From assembly GCA_036394195.1 (NCBI GenBank), contig DASWFO010000062.1:18514-82513 (forward strand): 64,000 bases of DNA, in the 5' to 3' direction. Position numbers and translations under genes: made by a program. This document shows positions 18,780-31,814 of the stretch, in pieces (the stretch's first letter is position 1; each line of letters opens with the position of its first letter). Origin of the DNA: Alphaproteobacteria bacterium (GTDB lineage: Bacteria > Pseudomonadota > Alphaproteobacteria > CACIAM-22H2). The notes beneath the pieces are model-generated. The model was not told where the DNA came from. It ran no database searches and saw only the letters and a program-made list of their open reading frames with translations.

Positions 18780-20282
18780 TCAATTCTGAAACAGGGCGGC
18801 GGCGGCGACGGTGGCGGCGCCGATCAGCGGCGCCGGGTAGACGAAGAACAGCAGGGTGAACAGGGTGCCGATCGCCAGCACCGTGCCGAGCTTGCCGCCG
18901 ATCGGCCGATCGAACGTGGTCGCCGGGTCGTCGAAATACATCAGCTTGACGATGCGCAGGTAATAAAAGGCGCTCACCACGCTGGTCAGCACGCCGATCA
19001 CGGCCAGGATGTAGAGCCCGGCGGCGATGGCGGCCAGGAACACGTAGAGCTTGCCGAAGAACCCGGCGAGCGGCGGAACGGCGGCCATCGAGAACATGGC
19101 GACCGCGAGCGCCGCCGCCACCACCGGCTGCGTCTTCGCAAGCCCGGCGAGATCGCCGATCTCCTCGATCATCTGGCCGTTGCGGCGCATGCACAGGATC
19201 ACCGCGAACGTGGCGAGGTTCATGAACAGATAGATCGCCATGTAGATGAGCACGCCGCGCACGCCGTTCTCGTCGCCGGCGGCGAGACCGACCAGGGCGT
19301 AGCCGATATGCCCGATCGAGCTGTAGGCCATCAGCCGCTTGATGTTGGTCTGGTTGATCGCGGCAAAGGCGCCGAGCAGCATCGACAGGACCGAGGTCAC
19401 GATCACGATCTGCTGCCACTCGCCGACAATGGTGCCGAAGGGCTGGATCAGCACCCGCACCAGGAGCGCCACGGCGGCGATCTTGGGCGCGATCGAGAAG
19501 AACGCGGTCACCGGCGTCGGCGCCCCCTGGTACACGTCCGGCGCCCACATATGGAAGGGCGCCGCCGAGATCTTGAACGCCAGGGCCGCGGCAACGAACA
19601 CCAGGCCGAAGATCAAGCCCAGCGGCGGATCGGCCGCCTGGTCGGCAACGATGGCCGCCAACGGCTGGAACGACGTGGTCCCGGCGAAGCCGTAGACCAG
19701 CGAGGCGCCGTAGAGCAGCATGCCCGATGCGAGCGCGCCGAGGACGAAATACTTGAGGCCGGCCTCGGTGGAGAGCGCGTGATCGCGCCGGAACGACGCG
19801 ACGACGTAGAGCGCCAGGCTCTGCAGCTCGAGGCCCAGGTACAGCGCGATCAAGTCGTTCGCCGAGACCATCAGCATCATGCCGAGGGTCGCGAACAGGA
19901 TCAGCACCGCGTACTCGAAGCGGCCCATGTCCTCGCGCTCGTTGTAGTCGATGGAGATGATCAGGGTCAGCGCCGAGCCGATCAGGATCAGGATCTTCGA
20001 AAACCCGGAAAAGGCGTCGCTGACGAACATGTCCGAGAACGTGTAGATGCGCTCGACCGAGCCGCCCGCCACCAGGACGCCGGCGATCGCCAGGATCGCA
20101 ATCGCGATCCAGGACACCAACCGGGCGTTGGCCGCCGCGGCGACGCCGCGGCCGGTGCCCGCCGCCTGGTGCGGCCGCTCGCCCCGGAACACGCCGAACA
20201 GGAGCAGCAGCATCGCCGCCACGGCGACGAACAGCTCGGGCAGAGCCGGGCCGAGGAGAATGACGTTGCCGTTGTCGTTCAT
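18780..20282 (-). CDS. nuoN: NADH-quinone oxidoreductase subunit N
   Basis: It starts at [18 protein letters not shown] (ATGA overlap with the nuoM stop). It is a 14-TM antiporter-like subunit. Confidence 0.9.
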   Translation of the reverse strand: MNDNGNVILLGPALPELFVAVAAMLLLLFGVFRGERPHQAAGTGRGVAAAANARLVSWIAIAILAIAGVLVAGGSVERIYTFSDMFVSDAFSGFSKILILIGSALTLIISIDYNEREDMGRFEYAVLILFATLGMMLMVSANDLIALYLGLELQSLALYVVASFRRDHALSTEAGLKYFVLGALASGMLLYGASLVYGFAGTTSFQPLAAIVADQAADPPLGLIFGLVFVAAALAFKISAAPFHMWAPDVYQGAPTPVTAFFSIAPKIAAVALLVRVLIQPFGTIVGEWQQIVIVTSVLSMLLGAFAAINQTNIKRLMAYSSIGHIGYALVGLAAGDENGVRGVLIYMAIYLFMNLATFAVILCMRRNGQMIEEIGDLAGLAKTQPVVAAALAVAMFSMAAVPPLAGFFGKLYVFLAAIAAGLYILAVIGVLTSVVSAFYYLRIVKLMYFDDPATTFDRPIGGKLGTVLAIGTLFTLLFFVYPAPLIGAATVAAAALFQN

Positions 20283-21820
20283 GGAGTCGTCTCCGCCAGC
20301 CGGGGCCGCGCGTCCGGCTTCGCCGGCGGCACGATGGTCTGCGCCGCCTGGTAGCGGCCGACCAGCGCCTCGACCGACGGCGAGAACACATCGAGGAAGG
20401 ACTTGGGATAGATGCCCATCCACAGCACGACCAAGATCATCGGCGCGAAGATCGCCTTTTCGCGCAAGTTCAGGTCGAGGATGTTCTTGAGATCGTCGCG
20501 GACGAGCGGGCCGAAAATCACGCGCCGGTACAGATAGAGCATATAGGCGACACCGAGGATGGTGCCGATGGCGGCGAGGAAGGCGACCCAGGTGTTCACC
20601 TGGAACGCGCCGGTCAGCGCCAGGAACTCGCCGACGAAGCCGCTGGTTCCGGGCAGGCCGACCGCGGCAAGCGTGAACACCATGAAGACGAAGGCGTAGA
20701 CCGGCATGCGGTGGACAAGGCCGCCGTAACGGGCGATCTCGCGGGTGTGCATGCGGTCGTAGATGACGCCGACGATGAGGAATAGGGCGCCGGACACCAC
20801 GCCGTGGCTGAGCATGTTGAACAAAGCACCCTGCAGGCCCTGCACGGTGCCGGTGAACGTGCCCATCGTGACGAAGCCCATATGCGCCACCGACGAGTAG
20901 GCGATGAGCTTCTTCATGTCCTCCTGCACCAGCGCCACCAGCGAGGTATAGACGATGGCGATGACGCTGAGCGCATAGACCAGCGGCGCGAAATAGGCCG
21001 AGGCCTCCGGCAGCATCGGCAGCGAAAAGCGCAGGAACCCGTAGGCGCCCATCTTCAGCAGCACGCCGGCGAGGATGACCGAGCCGGCAGTGGGCGCCTC
21101 GACATGCGCGTCCGGCAGCCAGGTATGGACCGGCCACATCGGCACCTTGATCGCGAACGAGGCGAAGAACGCCAGCCACAGCCAATACTGCATCGCGGCT
21201 GGGATCTGGGTGTTCAGCAAGGTCGGGATGTCGGTGGTCTCGGTGACGTAGTAGATGGCGAGAATCGCCAGCAGCATCAGCACCGAGCCGGCAAACGTGT
21301 AGAGGAAGAACTTGAACGCCGAATAGACCCGGCGCGGCCCGCCCCAGATGCCGATGATCAGGAACATCGGGATCAGCACGCCCTCGAAGAACAAGTAGAA
21401 GAGAATGAGGTCGAGCGCGCAGAACATCCCGACCATCAGGGTCTCGAGGATCAGGAAGGTGATCATGTATTCGCGCACCCGCACCTGGATCGCCTCCCAG
21501 CTGGCGAGGATGCAGAGCGGCGTCAGGAAGGTCGACAGAAGGACGAACCACAGGGAGATCCCGTCGACCCCCATCTGATAGGTGATGCCGAAGGCCGGGA
21601 TCCAGTCATGGATCTCGACGAACTGGAAGTCGGCGGTCGTGGTGTCGAACTCGAGCCACAGCAGGATCGACAGCGCGAAGACGATCAGCGAGGTCCACAG
21701 CGCCGTCATGCGCGCGTTGCGTGCCACCACCTCGGGCGTCCCGCGCACGAAGGCGATGAACACGGCCCCGGCGACGGGCAGGAACGTGACGAGGGACAGG
21801 ATCGGCCAGTTCGCGGTCAT
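20279..21820 (-). CDS. nuoM: NADH-quinone oxidoreductase subunit M
   Basis: 513 aa, [15 protein letters not shown]... Confidence 0.9.
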   Translation of the reverse strand: MTANWPILSLVTFLPVAGAVFIAFVRGTPEVVARNARMTALWTSLIVFALSILLWLEFDTTTADFQFVEIHDWIPAFGITYQMGVDGISLWFVLLSTFLTPLCILASWEAIQVRVREYMITFLILETLMVGMFCALDLILFYLFFEGVLIPMFLIIGIWGGPRRVYSAFKFFLYTFAGSVLMLLAILAIYYVTETTDIPTLLNTQIPAAMQYWLWLAFFASFAIKVPMWPVHTWLPDAHVEAPTAGSVILAGVLLKMGAYGFLRFSLPMLPEASAYFAPLVYALSVIAIVYTSLVALVQEDMKKLIAYSSVAHMGFVTMGTFTGTVQGLQGALFNMLSHGVVSGALFLIVGVIYDRMHTREIARYGGLVHRMPVYAFVFMVFTLAAVGLPGTSGFVGEFLALTGAFQVNTWVAFLAAIGTILGVAYMLYLYRRVIFGPLVRDDLKNILDLNLREKAIFAPMILVVLWMGIYPKSFLDVFSPSVEALVGRYQAAQTIVPPAKPDARPRLAETTP

Positions 21821-21824
21821 GGCG

Positions 21825-23765
21825 TCACCCGTGCAACATATACCAGGTGACCAGCAGGACGACGCCGATCAGCATGGCAAACGCGTAGTGATAGATGTAG
21901 CCGGTCTGGAGCGCCGCTGCCCGGCGGGCGAGCTTCAGGGTGTTCGCGGCGAGCGCATCGGGCCCCAGGCCGTCGATCACCGCCTCGTCGCCCTTCTTCC
22001 AGAAGCCGCGGCCCAAGCCGAACGCCGGGCGCACGAACAGCGCGTCATAAAGCTCGTCGAAATACCACTTGTTGAGCAGGAACTGGTAAAGCCCGGCGAA
22101 GCGCTGGGCGAGGCGCGCCGGGATCCGCGGATCGCGGATGTAGAACCCGTAGGCGAGGCCGATGCCGATCAGCCCGACCAGCAGCGGCGCCAATCCGATC
22201 CAGCCCGACAGATGATGGGCCGCCTCGATCGAGTTGTGCTGGGGCAGGACCAGGATCGACTCGCGCCAGAATTCGGCCGATTTCTCGCCGACGAAATAAT
22301 CGTAGCCCAGCCAGCCGGAGAGAATGGCACCCGCCGCCAGGACATAGAGCGGGATCAGCATCACGTTGGGCGACTCATGCACGTGCTCCAGCACGTGCCG
22401 GTCGGCGCGCGGCTCGCCGTGGAAGGTCATGAACAAGAGGCGCCAGGAGTAGAACGCCGTGAACAGCGCCGCGACGATGCCGAGCCAGAACGCGTAGAAG
22501 CCGACCCCCGAATGGGAGGCGAACGCCGCCTCGAGGATCATGTCCTTCGAGAAATAGCCGGCGAACGGCGGAATGCCGGCGAGTGCGAGGCTGCCGATCC
22601 ACATCATCGCATAGGTGATCGGGATGCGGTTCCACAAGCCCCCCATCTTGCGCATGTCCTGCTCGCCCCCCATGGCGTGGATGACCGATCCCGAGCCCAG
22701 GAACAGCAGCGCCTTGAAGAAGGCATGCGCGGTGAGGTGGAAGATCGCCGCCGCGTAGGCCGACACGCCGGCGGCGAAGAACATGTAGCCGAGCTGCGAG
22801 CACGTCGAATACGCGATCACGCGCTTGATGTCGTTCTGCACCAGGCCGACCGAGGCGGCGAAGATCGCGGTCGAGGCGCCGATCACGCAGACCACGGCGA
22901 GCGCACCGGGCGCGTATTCGAACATAGGCGACAGCCGCGCCACCATAAACACGCCGGCGGTGACCATGGTCGCGGCATGGATCAGCGCCGAGACCGGCGT
23001 CGGCCCTTCCATGGCGTCGGGCAGCCAGGTGTGCAGCGGCACCTGCGCCGACTTGCCCATGGCGCCGACGAACAGCAGAAGGCAGACCAAGGTCAGCGCA
23101 TGCACGTCCCAGTTCAGGAAGTGGAGACTGAGGTCGACATGGGTCGGGACCGCGGCGAACACCTCATCGAACACCACCGTGCCGAACAGCGTGTAGACGC
23201 CGAAAACGCCGAGCAGGAACCCGAAATCGCCGACGCGGTTGACGACGAACGCCTTGATGGCCGCAGCGTTGGCCGACGGGCGGTCGTACCAGAAGCCGAT
23301 CAGGAGATAGGAGCAGAGCCCCACCCCTTCCCAGCCGAAGAACATCTGCACGAAGTTCGCCGCCGTCACCAGCATCAGCATGCAGAAGGTGAACAGGCTG
23401 AGATAGGCCATGAAGCGGGGCACGCCGGGATCGCCGTGCATGTAGCCGACCGAATAGACGTGGATGGCGGTCGAGCAGACGCTGACCACGAACACCATCA
23501 CCGCCGACAGCGTGTCGAACTTGAACGCCCAGGAGGCCTGCAGGCCGCCCGAATAGACGAAGGGGAAGAGGTCGACCGTGCGGTCCTGTCCCTGCAGCGC
23601 CACCTGATGGAAGACCGCGATCGAAAGCAGCGCCGACACGCCCATGCACAGGCAGGTGGCGAGCTGCGCCGCGCGGTCGCGGGTGTGGCCGGCCGGCATG
23701 GTGGCCAGGAACAGCCCGGCCAGCATCGAGCCCACCAGGGGCATGAGGACGACAGCGGAGTACAT
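21825..23765 (-). CDS. nuoL: NADH-quinone oxidoreductase subunit L
   Basis: 646 aa, with the long C-terminal amphipathic-helix region. Confidence 0.9.
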   Translation of the reverse strand: MYSAVVLMPLVGSMLAGLFLATMPAGHTRDRAAQLATCLCMGVSALLSIAVFHQVALQGQDRTVDLFPFVYSGGLQASWAFKFDTLSAVMVFVVSVCSTAIHVYSVGYMHGDPGVPRFMAYLSLFTFCMLMLVTAANFVQMFFGWEGVGLCSYLLIGFWYDRPSANAAAIKAFVVNRVGDFGFLLGVFGVYTLFGTVVFDEVFAAVPTHVDLSLHFLNWDVHALTLVCLLLFVGAMGKSAQVPLHTWLPDAMEGPTPVSALIHAATMVTAGVFMVARLSPMFEYAPGALAVVCVIGASTAIFAASVGLVQNDIKRVIAYSTCSQLGYMFFAAGVSAYAAAIFHLTAHAFFKALLFLGSGSVIHAMGGEQDMRKMGGLWNRIPITYAMMWIGSLALAGIPPFAGYFSKDMILEAAFASHSGVGFYAFWLGIVAALFTAFYSWRLLFMTFHGEPRADRHVLEHVHESPNVMLIPLYVLAAGAILSGWLGYDYFVGEKSAEFWRESILVLPQHNSIEAAHHLSGWIGLAPLLVGLIGIGLAYGFYIRDPRIPARLAQRFAGLYQFLLNKWYFDELYDALFVRPAFGLGRGFWKKGDEAVIDGLGPDALAANTLKLARRAAALQTGYIYHYAFAMLIGVVLLVTWYMLHG

Positions 23766-23774
23766 AAGCGAGCC

Positions 23775-24083
23775 TCAGCCCTTCATCAGGTTGATGTCTT
23801 CGACCGCGATCGTGCCGCGGTTGCGGAAATAGACGACGAGGATGGCGAGGCCGATCGCCGCCTCGGCCGCGGCGACGGTGAGGACGATCATCGCGAACAC
23901 CTGACCGACGAGGTCGCCGAGATGGGTCGAGAACGCGACCAGGTTGATGTTGACGGCGAGCAGGATCAGCTCGATCGACATCAGGATGATGATCACGTTC
24001 TTGCGGTTGAGGAAGATGCCGAAGATGCCGAGCGTGAACACGATCGCCGCGACGGTCAGGTAATGGCCGAGGCCGATGGTCAT
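23775..24083 (-). CDS. nuoK: NADH-quinone oxidoreductase subunit K
   Basis: 102 aa, 3 TM. Confidence 0.9.
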   Translation of the reverse strand: MTIGLGHYLTVAAIVFTLGIFGIFLNRKNVIIILMSIELILLAVNINLVAFSTHLGDLVGQVFAMIVLTVAAAEAAIGLAILVVYFRNRGTIAVEDINLMKG

Positions 24084-24697
24084 GACACGCCCTCGCGCGA
24101 CGGCACCTTGACCACGGCGATGCTGTCCTCACGCGTCCGGCCGACCTGGCGGCTGATCACCTGGCGGCGCACGCCGGCGCGCTGGCGGAGCGTCAGCACG
24201 ATGGCGCCGATCATGGCGACGAGCAGCACCAGCCCCGCGACCTGGAAGAGATAGACGTAGTCGGTGTAGAGCACGAGCCCCAGCGCGTGGGTGTTGGTGA
24301 TCTGGCGCGGATCGGGGATCGGCACCTGGGTCGCCGACGCCGCTTCGGGGGCGAAGGTCCAGGCGCCGGCGACCAGCGCCAGCTCGGCGAACAGGATCAG
24401 CCCGACCAGGCCGCCGATCGGCAGATAGCGCATGAAGCCGCTGCGCAGCTCCGCGAAATCGACGTCGAGCATCATGACGACGAACAGGAACAGCACCGCG
24501 ACCGCGCCGACATAGACGATGATGAGGACCATCGCCAGGAACTCGGCCCCCATGAGCACGAACAGCCCCGCGGCGTTGAAGAACGCGAGGATGAGGAACA
24601 GCACCGAGTGCACCGGATTGCGCGCGGCGATCACCAGTGCCGCCGAGGCGACCAGGATGGCCGAGAACAGATAGAAACAGATGGTGGCGATCAGCAC
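24080..24697 (-). CDS. nuoJ: NADH-quinone oxidoreductase subunit J
   Basis: 205 aa. Confidence 0.9.
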   Translation of the reverse strand: MLIATICFYLFSAILVASAALVIAARNPVHSVLFLILAFFNAAGLFVLMGAEFLAMVLIIVYVGAVAVLFLFVVMMLDVDFAELRSGFMRYLPIGGLVGLILFAELALVAGAWTFAPEAASATQVPIPDPRQITNTHALGLVLYTDYVYLFQVAGLVLLVAMIGAIVLTLRQRAGVRRQVISRQVGRTREDSIAVVKVPSREGVS

Positions 24698-24805
24698 GGG
24701 AGACCCTCACCCTCCCACGGCTCACGCCGTGGGCTCCTCCCTCTCCCGCCGGGCGGGAGAGGGGCTTTTAGATCCGGTTGCGTTGCACTCATTCCCCCGC
24801 CCCGC
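24698..24805. repeat. Intergenic hairpin/REP inside the nuo operon (ctcctccctctcccgccgggcgggagaggggc palindrome)
   Basis: It is a 13-bp perfect inverted repeat between nuoJ and nuoI. A possible attenuator or processing site. Confidence 0.5.
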
Positions 24806-25297
24806 TCAGCGATACGGTGCGTCGGTCGCGAGGTTGGCCGCGATCTCGGCCTCCCAGCGGTCGCCGTTCGCGAGCAGCTTGTCCTTGTCGTACATGAGCT
24901 CCTCGCGGGTCTCGGTAGCAAACTCGAAATTGGGCCCCTCGACGATCGCGTCCACCGGGCAGGCCTCCTGGCAGAGCCCGCAATAGATGCACTTGGTCAT
25001 GTCGATGTCGTAGCGGGTGGTGCGCCGGCTACCGTCGGCGCGCGGCTCGGCCTCGATGGTGATGGCGAGAGCCGGACAGACGGCTTCGCACAGCTTGCAC
25101 GCGATGCAGCGCTCCTCGCCGTTCGAGTAGCGGCGCAGCGCGTGTTCGCCGCGAAAGCGCGGGCTGAGCGGCCCCTTCTCGTGGGGATAGTTCAGCGTCA
25201 CCGTCGGCTTGAAGAAGTATTTGAGCGTGAGCGCCAGCCCCGAGACGATCTCGGTGAGCAGCAGCCGCGACCCTGATGTCATCATCGCCATGGTCAT
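24806..25297 (-). CDS. nuoI: NADH-quinone oxidoreductase subunit I (2x[4Fe-4S])
   Basis: It has two CxxCxxCxxxCP motifs. The start is taken at the internal Met MTMAMMTS; the track begins at a GTG 9 codons upstream. Confidence 0.85.
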   Translation of the reverse strand: MTMAMMTSGSRLLLTEIVSGLALTLKYFFKPTVTLNYPHEKGPLSPRFRGEHALRRYSNGEERCIACKLCEAVCPALAITIEAEPRADGSRRTTRYDIDMTKCIYCGLCQEACPVDAIVEGPNFEFATETREELMYDKDKLLANGDRWEAEIAANLATDAPYR

Positions 25298-25329
25298 CCA
25301 TCCCCGGCGGCACAGCCGCCGCACATCCT

Positions 25330-26343
25330 TCAGCTATGGGGCGCCCAGCCAAACGCCATGAGAACGCCGGCGGTCAGCACGACCCAGATCAGCGAAAACG
25401 GCAGGAACACCTTCCAGCCGAGCCGCATCAGCTGGTCGTAGCGGTAGCGCGGCAGGGTCGCGCGGACCCACAGGAACACGAACAGGCAGAACGCGATCTT
25501 GAGCGCGAACCACACCGGCCCCGGGATCCAGTTGAACGGGGCGATGTCGAACGGCGGCAGCCAGCCGCCGAGGAACAGGATCGAGGTCATGCCGCTCATC
25601 AGGATCATGGCGCTGTACTCGCCGAGGAAGAACAGCGCGAACGCCATCGACGAGTATTCGACGAAGTAGCCGGCGACGATCTCGGACTCGCCCTCCGGCA
25701 GATCGAACGGCGAGCGGTTCGTCTCGGCGAGCGCCGAGACGAAGAAGATGACGAACATCGGGAACAGCGGGATGAAGAACCACACCGTCTTCTGCGCCAG
25801 CACGATCTGGGTCAGGTTCAGCGAGCCGACGCAGAGCAGGACCGTGATCATCACGAAGCCGATCGAGACCTCGTACGACACCATCTGCGCCGCCGAGCGA
25901 AGCGCGCCGAGGAAGGCGTATTTCGAGTTGCTCGCCCAGCCGGCCATGATGATGCCGTACACGCCCATCGACGAGATTGCGAAGAGATAGAGGATGCCAA
26001 CATTGATGTCGGCCACCACGACGCCGACGTCGAACGGAATCACCGCCCAGGCGACAAGGCTGAGCACGAAGGTGACGATCGGGGCGATGATGAACACGCC
26101 GCGATTGGCGCCGCTCGGGATGATGGTCTCCTTGAGCAGCAGCTTGAGGCCGTCGGCGAAGGGCTGCAGCAGCCCGAACGGGCCGACGACGTTCGGCCCC
26201 TTCCGGAGTTGGATCGCCGCGATCACCTTGCGCTCGGCCAGGGTGAGGAAGGCGACGCAGATCAACAGCGGCACGATGATCGCCAGCACCTGGCCGACGA
26301 TGATCGCGACCGGGATCCCGTAGCCGTAGACGAACTCATCCAT
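25330..26343 (-). CDS. nuoH: NADH-quinone oxidoreductase subunit H
   Basis: 337 aa. Confidence 0.9.
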   Translation of the reverse strand: MDEFVYGYGIPVAIIVGQVLAIIVPLLICVAFLTLAERKVIAAIQLRKGPNVVGPFGLLQPFADGLKLLLKETIIPSGANRGVFIIAPIVTFVLSLVAWAVIPFDVGVVVADINVGILYLFAISSMGVYGIIMAGWASNSKYAFLGALRSAAQMVSYEVSIGFVMITVLLCVGSLNLTQIVLAQKTVWFFIPLFPMFVIFFVSALAETNRSPFDLPEGESEIVAGYFVEYSSMAFALFFLGEYSAMILMSGMTSILFLGGWLPPFDIAPFNWIPGPVWFALKIAFCLFVFLWVRATLPRYRYDQLMRLGWKVFLPFSLIWVVLTAGVLMAFGWAPHS

Positions 26344-28399
26344 GGGTGCCGGTCTTCCCCGCGGGCGCCCCGTAGCTGGCGGTGCACTTCGCCATCGTCT
26401 CGGAGACGCGGCTGATCGGATCGGTCATGTAGAAATTCCGGATCGGGCTCACGAAGGGGGCGGCGGCCACCGGCCCCTCCACCCCGAAGGCGCCGAACGG
26501 GGCCGCGTCCGGCGGCGCGTCGACGCGGCTGAACAGCCGGTTGGTCTCGATCAGCCGGGCGCGGAGCTGCAGCAGCGTGTCATAGGGGAGCTTGCGGCCC
26601 ATGGCTTCGGACAGGGCGCGCAGGATCTTCCAGTCCTCGCGCGCTTCGCCGGGCGGGAACACGGCGAGGCGGGTGCGCTGCACCCGGCCTTCAGTGTTGA
26701 CGTAGGTCCCGGACTTCTCGGTGTAGGCAGCACCGGGCAGGATCACGTCGGCGCGATGAGCACCCTTGTCGCCGTGATGGCCCTGATAGATGACAAAGGC
26801 GCTGCCGAGCTTCGCGGTGTCGATCTCGTCGGCGCCGAGCAGATACACGGCCTCGATCTCACCCTTCGACGCGCCGTCGAGGATGCCCGCGACGTCGCGG
26901 CCGCCTGAAGCCGGCACAAAGCCGAGGTCGAGGCCGCCGACCCGCGCCGCCGCGGTGTGCAGCACGTTGAAGCCGTTCCAGCCGTCCTTCACGAGACCGA
27001 AATTGGCGGCGACCTGGCGGGCCAGCGCCAGCACGGCCGCCCCGTCGGGACGGGCGAGAGCGCCCTGCCCCACGATCAGCATCGGCGCCTTGGCGCCCTT
27101 CAGCACCTCGGCAAACGGATGGTTGCCGGCGGCGATCTCGGCCAGGGTCTGCGGTCCGGCGCCGAGATATTCCGTCTTGTAGGTCAGGTCGAGCTGCGGC
27201 CCGACCACGCCGATCCGGAACCGGCCGGCGAGATAGCGCCTGCGGATGCGCGCGTTCAGGACCGGCGCCTCCCAGCGCGGGTTGGTGCCGATCAAGAGCA
27301 GCGCATCCGCCTTGTCGATGCCGGCGATGGTGGTGTTGAACAGATAGGCGCCGCGCGGCGCCGGCGGGAGCTTGGCGCCGTCCTGGCGGCAGTCGAAATG
27401 CGGCGAGCCCAGCGCCTGCATCAGGTCCTTCAGCGCCAGCATCGATTCCGCGCAGGCGAGATCGCCGGCGATCGCCGCGATGCGGTTGCCGGCGACGCCG
27501 CTCAGGCGCTGGGCGATCGCGGCAAACGCCTCGGCCCAGCTCGCCGGCTGCAGCTTGCCCTGCTTGCGCACATAGGGGCGGTCGAGCCGCTGACGCTTCA
27601 ACCCGTCGCAGGCGAAGCGCGTCTTGTCGGAGATCCACTCCTCGTTGACCGCCTCGTTCAGCCGCGGCAGCACGCGCAGGACTTCGGGCCCCCGGGAGTC
27701 GACGCGGATGTTCGCGCCGACGGCGTCGAGCACGTCGACCGATTCCGTCTTGCGCAGCTCCCATGGGCGCGCCACGAACTCGTACGGCTTGGAGGTCAGC
27801 GCCCCCACCGGGCACAGATCGATGATGTTGCCGGACAGCTCGGAGCTCAGCGCCTTGTGGACGTAAGTCGTGATCTCCATGTTCTCGCCGCGGCCGGTGG
27901 CGCCGAGCTCCTCGACGCCGGCGATCTCGGTCGCGAACCGCACGCAGCGCGTGCAGTGGATGCACCGGTTCATCGACGTCTTCACCAGCGGGCCGAAATC
28001 CTTGTCCGGCACCGCGCGTTTGTTCTCCTTGAAGCGGCCGCGGTCGAAGCCGTAGGCCATCGCCTCGTCCTGCAGGTCGCATTCGCCGCCCTGGTCGCAG
28101 ATCGGGCAGTCGAGCGGATGGTTGATGAGCAGGAACTCCATCACGCCCTTGCGCGCCTTCTTGGTCATCGGCGAATCGGTCTTCACGACCATGCCGTCGC
28201 CGACCGGCATCGCGCAGGAGGCCACCGGCTTCGGCGACTTCTCGATCTCGACCAGGCACATCCGGCAATTGCCGGCGATGGACAAGCGTTCGTGGTAGCA
28301 GAAGCGCGGGATCTCGACCCCGGCCATCTCGCAGGCCTGCAGCACGGTGATGCCCGCGGGCACCTCGATGGTCTGGCCGTCGATCGTGAGCTTCGGCAT
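26336..28399 (-). CDS. nuoG: NADH-quinone oxidoreductase subunit G (75 kDa Fe-S)
   Basis: 687 aa. It has an N-terminal 2Fe-2S ferredoxin and 4Fe-4S Cys clusters (CxxCxxxCxnC...). Confidence 0.9.
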   Translation of the reverse strand: MPKLTIDGQTIEVPAGITVLQACEMAGVEIPRFCYHERLSIAGNCRMCLVEIEKSPKPVASCAMPVGDGMVVKTDSPMTKKARKGVMEFLLINHPLDCPICDQGGECDLQDEAMAYGFDRGRFKENKRAVPDKDFGPLVKTSMNRCIHCTRCVRFATEIAGVEELGATGRGENMEITTYVHKALSSELSGNIIDLCPVGALTSKPYEFVARPWELRKTESVDVLDAVGANIRVDSRGPEVLRVLPRLNEAVNEEWISDKTRFACDGLKRQRLDRPYVRKQGKLQPASWAEAFAAIAQRLSGVAGNRIAAIAGDLACAESMLALKDLMQALGSPHFDCRQDGAKLPPAPRGAYLFNTTIAGIDKADALLLIGTNPRWEAPVLNARIRRRYLAGRFRIGVVGPQLDLTYKTEYLGAGPQTLAEIAAGNHPFAEVLKGAKAPMLIVGQGALARPDGAAVLALARQVAANFGLVKDGWNGFNVLHTAAARVGGLDLGFVPASGGRDVAGILDGASKGEIEAVYLLGADEIDTAKLGSAFVIYQGHHGDKGAHRADVILPGAAYTEKSGTYVNTEGRVQRTRLAVFPPGEAREDWKILRALSEAMGRKLPYDTLLQLRARLIETNRLFSRVDAPPDAAPFGAFGVEGPVAAAPFVSPIRNFYMTDPISRVSETMAKCTASYGAPAGKTGTHG

Positions 28400-28404
28400 G
28401 TCCC

Positions 28405-28707
28405 CTACTCCGCCGCCTGGGCGCCGTAAGCGGCCAGGGCCGCCTCGACGTCGACGCCGTTGATCGTCATGCCCTCGATGCGGCAGTCGCTGATCGTGAC
28501 ACCGGCCAGGTTCGCATCCGAAAATTTCGCAGCGGCGACGTTCGCCTGGCTGACCCGCAACCCCGACAGGTTCACGTCGTCGCAGCGCCAGCCCGACATA
28601 TTGACGTTGCGGAAGGTGGCGCCCGCGAGGTTCACGTCGTCGAAGACCGAGCCCGACAGGTCGGATTTGGTCGCGGTCAGCCGGTCTTTTACCTGGTTCA
28701 GGTCCAT
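28405..28707 (-). CDS. Small pentapeptide-repeat protein (100 aa) encoded between nuoF and nuoG
   Basis: It starts MDLNQVKDRLTATKSDLSGSVFDDVNLAGATFRNVNMSGWRCDDVNLSGLRVSQANVAAAKFSDANLAGVTISD... with A(D/N)LSG-type quintets. It lies 5 nt after the nuoF stop and 5 nt before the nuoG start. Confidence 0.7.
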   Translation of the reverse strand: MDLNQVKDRLTATKSDLSGSVFDDVNLAGATFRNVNMSGWRCDDVNLSGLRVSQANVAAAKFSDANLAGVTISDCRIEGMTINGVDVEAALAAYGAQAAE

Positions 28708-28712
28708 GACGA

Positions 28713-30023
28713 TCACTCCGCCGCCTGGCGCACGGCGCGCGAGCGATACTCGGCGATGCGCTTTTCCATCTGCGGCCGGAAATGCCGGATCAGCCCCTGC
28801 ACCGGCCACACGCCGCCGTCGGCGAGCGCGCAGATGGTGTGGCCCTCGATCTCGCGCGTCACGTCGTCGAGCGTGTCGATCTCCTCGACCGTGGCCTTGC
28901 CTTCGACCATGCGCAGCATCACCCGCCACACCCAGCCCATGCCTTCGCGGCAGGGCGTGCACTGGCCGCAGCTCTCGTGCTTGTAGAACTGCGACAGGCG
29001 GGCGATCGCCTTGATGATATCGGTCGACTTGTCCATGACGATCACGGCCGCGGTGCCGAGGCCGGACTTCACGTCGCGCAGCGCGTCGAAGTCCATCAGC
29101 ACCGTGTCGCAGACCGATTTCGGGATGCACGGCGTGGACGAGCCGCCGGGGATCACGGCGAGAAGATTGTCCCACCCGCCGCGCACACCGCCGGCGTGCT
29201 TCTCGACGAGCTCCTTGAGCGGGATGCTCATTGCCTCTTCGACGTTGCAGGGCTCGTTCACGTGGCCCTGGATGCAGAAGATCTTGGTGCCGCTGTTCTT
29301 CGGCCGGCCGAAGCCGGCGAACCACGCGGCGCCGCGGCGGAGGATTTCCGGCACGACGGCGACGGTCTCGACGTTGTTGACCGTGGTCGGGCAGCCGTAG
29401 AGGCCGACCGCCGCCGGGAACGGCGGCTTCAGCCGCGGCTGGCCCTTCTTGCCCTCGAGCGATTCGAGGAGGGCCGTCTCCTCGCCGCAGATATAGGCGC
29501 CGGCGCCGCGGTGCAGATACAAATCGAAGTCCCAGCCGGCGCCGCAGGCATTCTTGCCGAGCAGTCCCGCCTCGTAGGCCTGATCGATGGCGGCCTGCAG
29601 GCGCTGCGCCTCGTTGTAGAACTCGCCGCGGATATAGATGTAGCCGGCATGGGCGCCCAGGCCGACGCCGGCAATTAGGCAGCCCTCGACCAGCTTGTGC
29701 GGATCGTTGCGGATAATGTCGCGGTCCTTGCAGGTGCCGGGCTCGCTCTCGTCGGCATTGACGACGAGGTAGCTCGGCCGGCCATCGCCCGGCTTCTCGG
29801 GCGTCGGCTTGGGCATGAACGACCATTTCATGCCGGTCGGAAAGCCGGCCCCGCCGCGCCCGCGCAGGCCCGATTCCTTGACCTCGTTGACGATCCAGTC
29901 GCGGCCCTTCTGGATCAGGTCCTTGGTGTTGCTCCAGTCGCCGCGCTTGCGGGCACCGGCCAAGGTCCAGTCGTGCTGGCCGTAGAGATTGGTGAAGATG
30001 CGGTCCTTGTCCTGAAGCATCAA
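28713..30023 (-). CDS. nuoF: NADH-quinone oxidoreductase subunit F
   Basis: 436 aa. It has [17 protein letters not shown] motifs and a 4Fe-4S cluster. Confidence 0.9.
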   Translation of the reverse strand: MMLQDKDRIFTNLYGQHDWTLAGARKRGDWSNTKDLIQKGRDWIVNEVKESGLRGRGGAGFPTGMKWSFMPKPTPEKPGDGRPSYLVVNADESEPGTCKDRDIIRNDPHKLVEGCLIAGVGLGAHAGYIYIRGEFYNEAQRLQAAIDQAYEAGLLGKNACGAGWDFDLYLHRGAGAYICGEETALLESLEGKKGQPRLKPPFPAAVGLYGCPTTVNNVETVAVVPEILRRGAAWFAGFGRPKNSGTKIFCIQGHVNEPCNVEEAMSIPLKELVEKHAGGVRGGWDNLLAVIPGGSSTPCIPKSVCDTVLMDFDALRDVKSGLGTAAVIVMDKSTDIIKAIARLSQFYKHESCGQCTPCREGMGWVWRVMLRMVEGKATVEEIDTLDDVTREIEGHTICALADGGVWPVQGLIRHFRPQMEKRIAEYRSRAVRQAAE

Positions 30024-30637
30024 TCGTCTCCGGCCGCGGGCACGTCGAGCAAGGTGGTCCGGTTCGATTCGGGGGCCGAGCCCAGGCGGCCGGCCATCGA
30101 GCCGGGGGCCGGCGGCTTGCCGGCGCGGCAGGCCTCGATCAGGTGCACCGTGGTCTTGGCATCGAGATCCTCGTACACGTCATCGTTCACCTGGATGACC
30201 GGCGCGTTCACGCAGCAGCCGAGGCATTCGACTTCGCGCATGGTGAACAGGCCGTCCGGCGTGGTCTCGCCGAAATGGATGCCGAGCTTGTTCTCGCACA
30301 CACCCACCACCTCGTCCGAGCCGCGCAGCCAGCACGGCGTGGTGGTGCACACCTGGAACAGCCATTTGCCGACCGGCTGCAGATTGAACATGGTGTAGAA
30401 CGTCGCGACCTCGTAGACGCGGATCGGCGCCATGTCGAGGAGCCCCGCGACGTAATCCATCGCGGCGCGCGGCAGCCAGTTGTCGTTCTGGCGCTGCGCC
30501 AGGTCGAGCAGCGGCAGCACCGCACTGGCCTGCTTGCCGGGCGGATATTTGGCGATGAAGTTTTTCGCCGTCGCGAGATTCTCGGGCGTGAAGGCGAAGA
30601 TCGCCGGCTGTTCGATTTGCGGGCCTGGCGCGCTCAC
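30020..30637 (-). CDS. nuoE: NADH-quinone oxidoreductase subunit E with a C-terminal extension
   Basis: The GTG start overlaps the nuoD stop (GTGA). The thioredoxin-like 2Fe-2S domain carries CxxxxC...CxxxC. Confidence 0.8.
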   Translation of the reverse strand: MSAPGPQIEQPAIFAFTPENLATAKNFIAKYPPGKQASAVLPLLDLAQRQNDNWLPRAAMDYVAGLLDMAPIRVYEVATFYTMFNLQPVGKWLFQVCTTTPCWLRGSDEVVGVCENKLGIHFGETTPDGLFTMREVECLGCCVNAPVIQVNDDVYEDLDAKTTVHLIEACRAGKPPAPGSMAGRLGSAPESNRTTLLDVPAAGDD

Positions 30638-31812
30638 CGGTCCACCTCGCCGAACACGATGTCCATCGACCCGATGATCGCGACCACGTCGGCCAGCATG
30701 TGGCCCTTGGACATGAAGTCCATCGCCTGCATGAAGGCGAAGCCGGGGGCGCGGATCTTGCAGCGATAGGGCCGGTTTGTGCCGTCCGACACCAGGTAGA
30801 CGGCGAACTCCCCCTTCGGCGCCTCGACCGCGGTGTAGGTCTCGCCCGCCGGCACGTGATAGCCCTCGGTGTAGAGCTTGAAGTGATGGATGAGCGCCTC
30901 CATCGAGCGCTTCATCTCGGCGCGGGGCGGCGGCGCCACCTTGCGGTCGTTGACGCGCACCGGGCCAGACGGCATCTGCGCCAGCGCCTGGCGGATGATC
31001 GACAGGCTCTGCCGCATCTCCTCGACGCGCACGAGGTAGCGGTCGAAGCAGTCGCCGTTCTTGCCGATCGGGATGTCGAATTCCATCTTGTCGTAGACGT
31101 CGTAGGGCTGCGCCTTGCGCAGATCCCAGGCGATGCCGGAGCCGCGCAGCATCGGGCCCGAGAAACCCCAATCCTGCGCCTCGGCCGCGGTGACGATGCC
31201 GATGTCGACGGTGCGCTGGCGGAAGATGCGGTTCTCGGTGAGCAGCGCCTCGATGTCGTCGATCAGCTTCGGAAACCGGTCGGCCCAGGCGACGATGTCG
31301 CCCGCCAGGCCCGGCGGCATGTCCTGGGTGACGCCGCCCGGGCGGAAATAGGCGGCGTGCAGGCGCGCCCCGGAGACGCGCTCGTAGAACTCCATCAGCT
31401 TCTCGCGCTCCTCGAACCCCCAGAGCAGCGGCGTCATGGCGCCGACGTCGAGGGCGAAGGTGGTGATGTTCAGCAGATGGTTCAGGATGCGGGTGATCTC
31501 GGCGAACAGCACCCGGATGTACTGGGCGCGCAGGGGCGCCTCGATGCCGAGCAGCTTCTCGACCGCCAGCGCGAAAGCGTGCTCCTGGCACATCGGCGAC
31601 ACGTAATCGAGCCGGTCGAAATATGGCACCGCCTGGAGATACGTCTTGTACTCGATCAGCTTCTCGGTGCCGCGGTGGAGAAGCCCGATATGCGGATCGG
31701 CGCGCTCGACGATCTCGCCGTCCATCTCGAGCACCAGGCGCAGCACGCCGTGGGCCGCCGGATGCTGCGGCCCGAAATTCATCGAAAAATTCTTGAGCTG
31801 GACTTCTGCCAT
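30634..31812 (-). CDS. nuoD: NADH-quinone oxidoreductase subunit D
   Basis: It starts at [26 protein letters not shown]. The upstream extension in the track is shadow sequence. Confidence 0.9.
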   Translation of the reverse strand: MAEVQLKNFSMNFGPQHPAAHGVLRLVLEMDGEIVERADPHIGLLHRGTEKLIEYKTYLQAVPYFDRLDYVSPMCQEHAFALAVEKLLGIEAPLRAQYIRVLFAEITRILNHLLNITTFALDVGAMTPLLWGFEEREKLMEFYERVSGARLHAAYFRPGGVTQDMPPGLAGDIVAWADRFPKLIDDIEALLTENRIFRQRTVDIGIVTAAEAQDWGFSGPMLRGSGIAWDLRKAQPYDVYDKMEFDIPIGKNGDCFDRYLVRVEEMRQSLSIIRQALAQMPSGPVRVNDRKVAPPPRAEMKRSMEALIHHFKLYTEGYHVPAGETYTAVEAPKGEFAVYLVSDGTNRPYRCKIRAPGFAFMQAMDFMSKGHMLADVVAIIGSMDIVFGEVDR

Positions 31813-31814
31813 GG

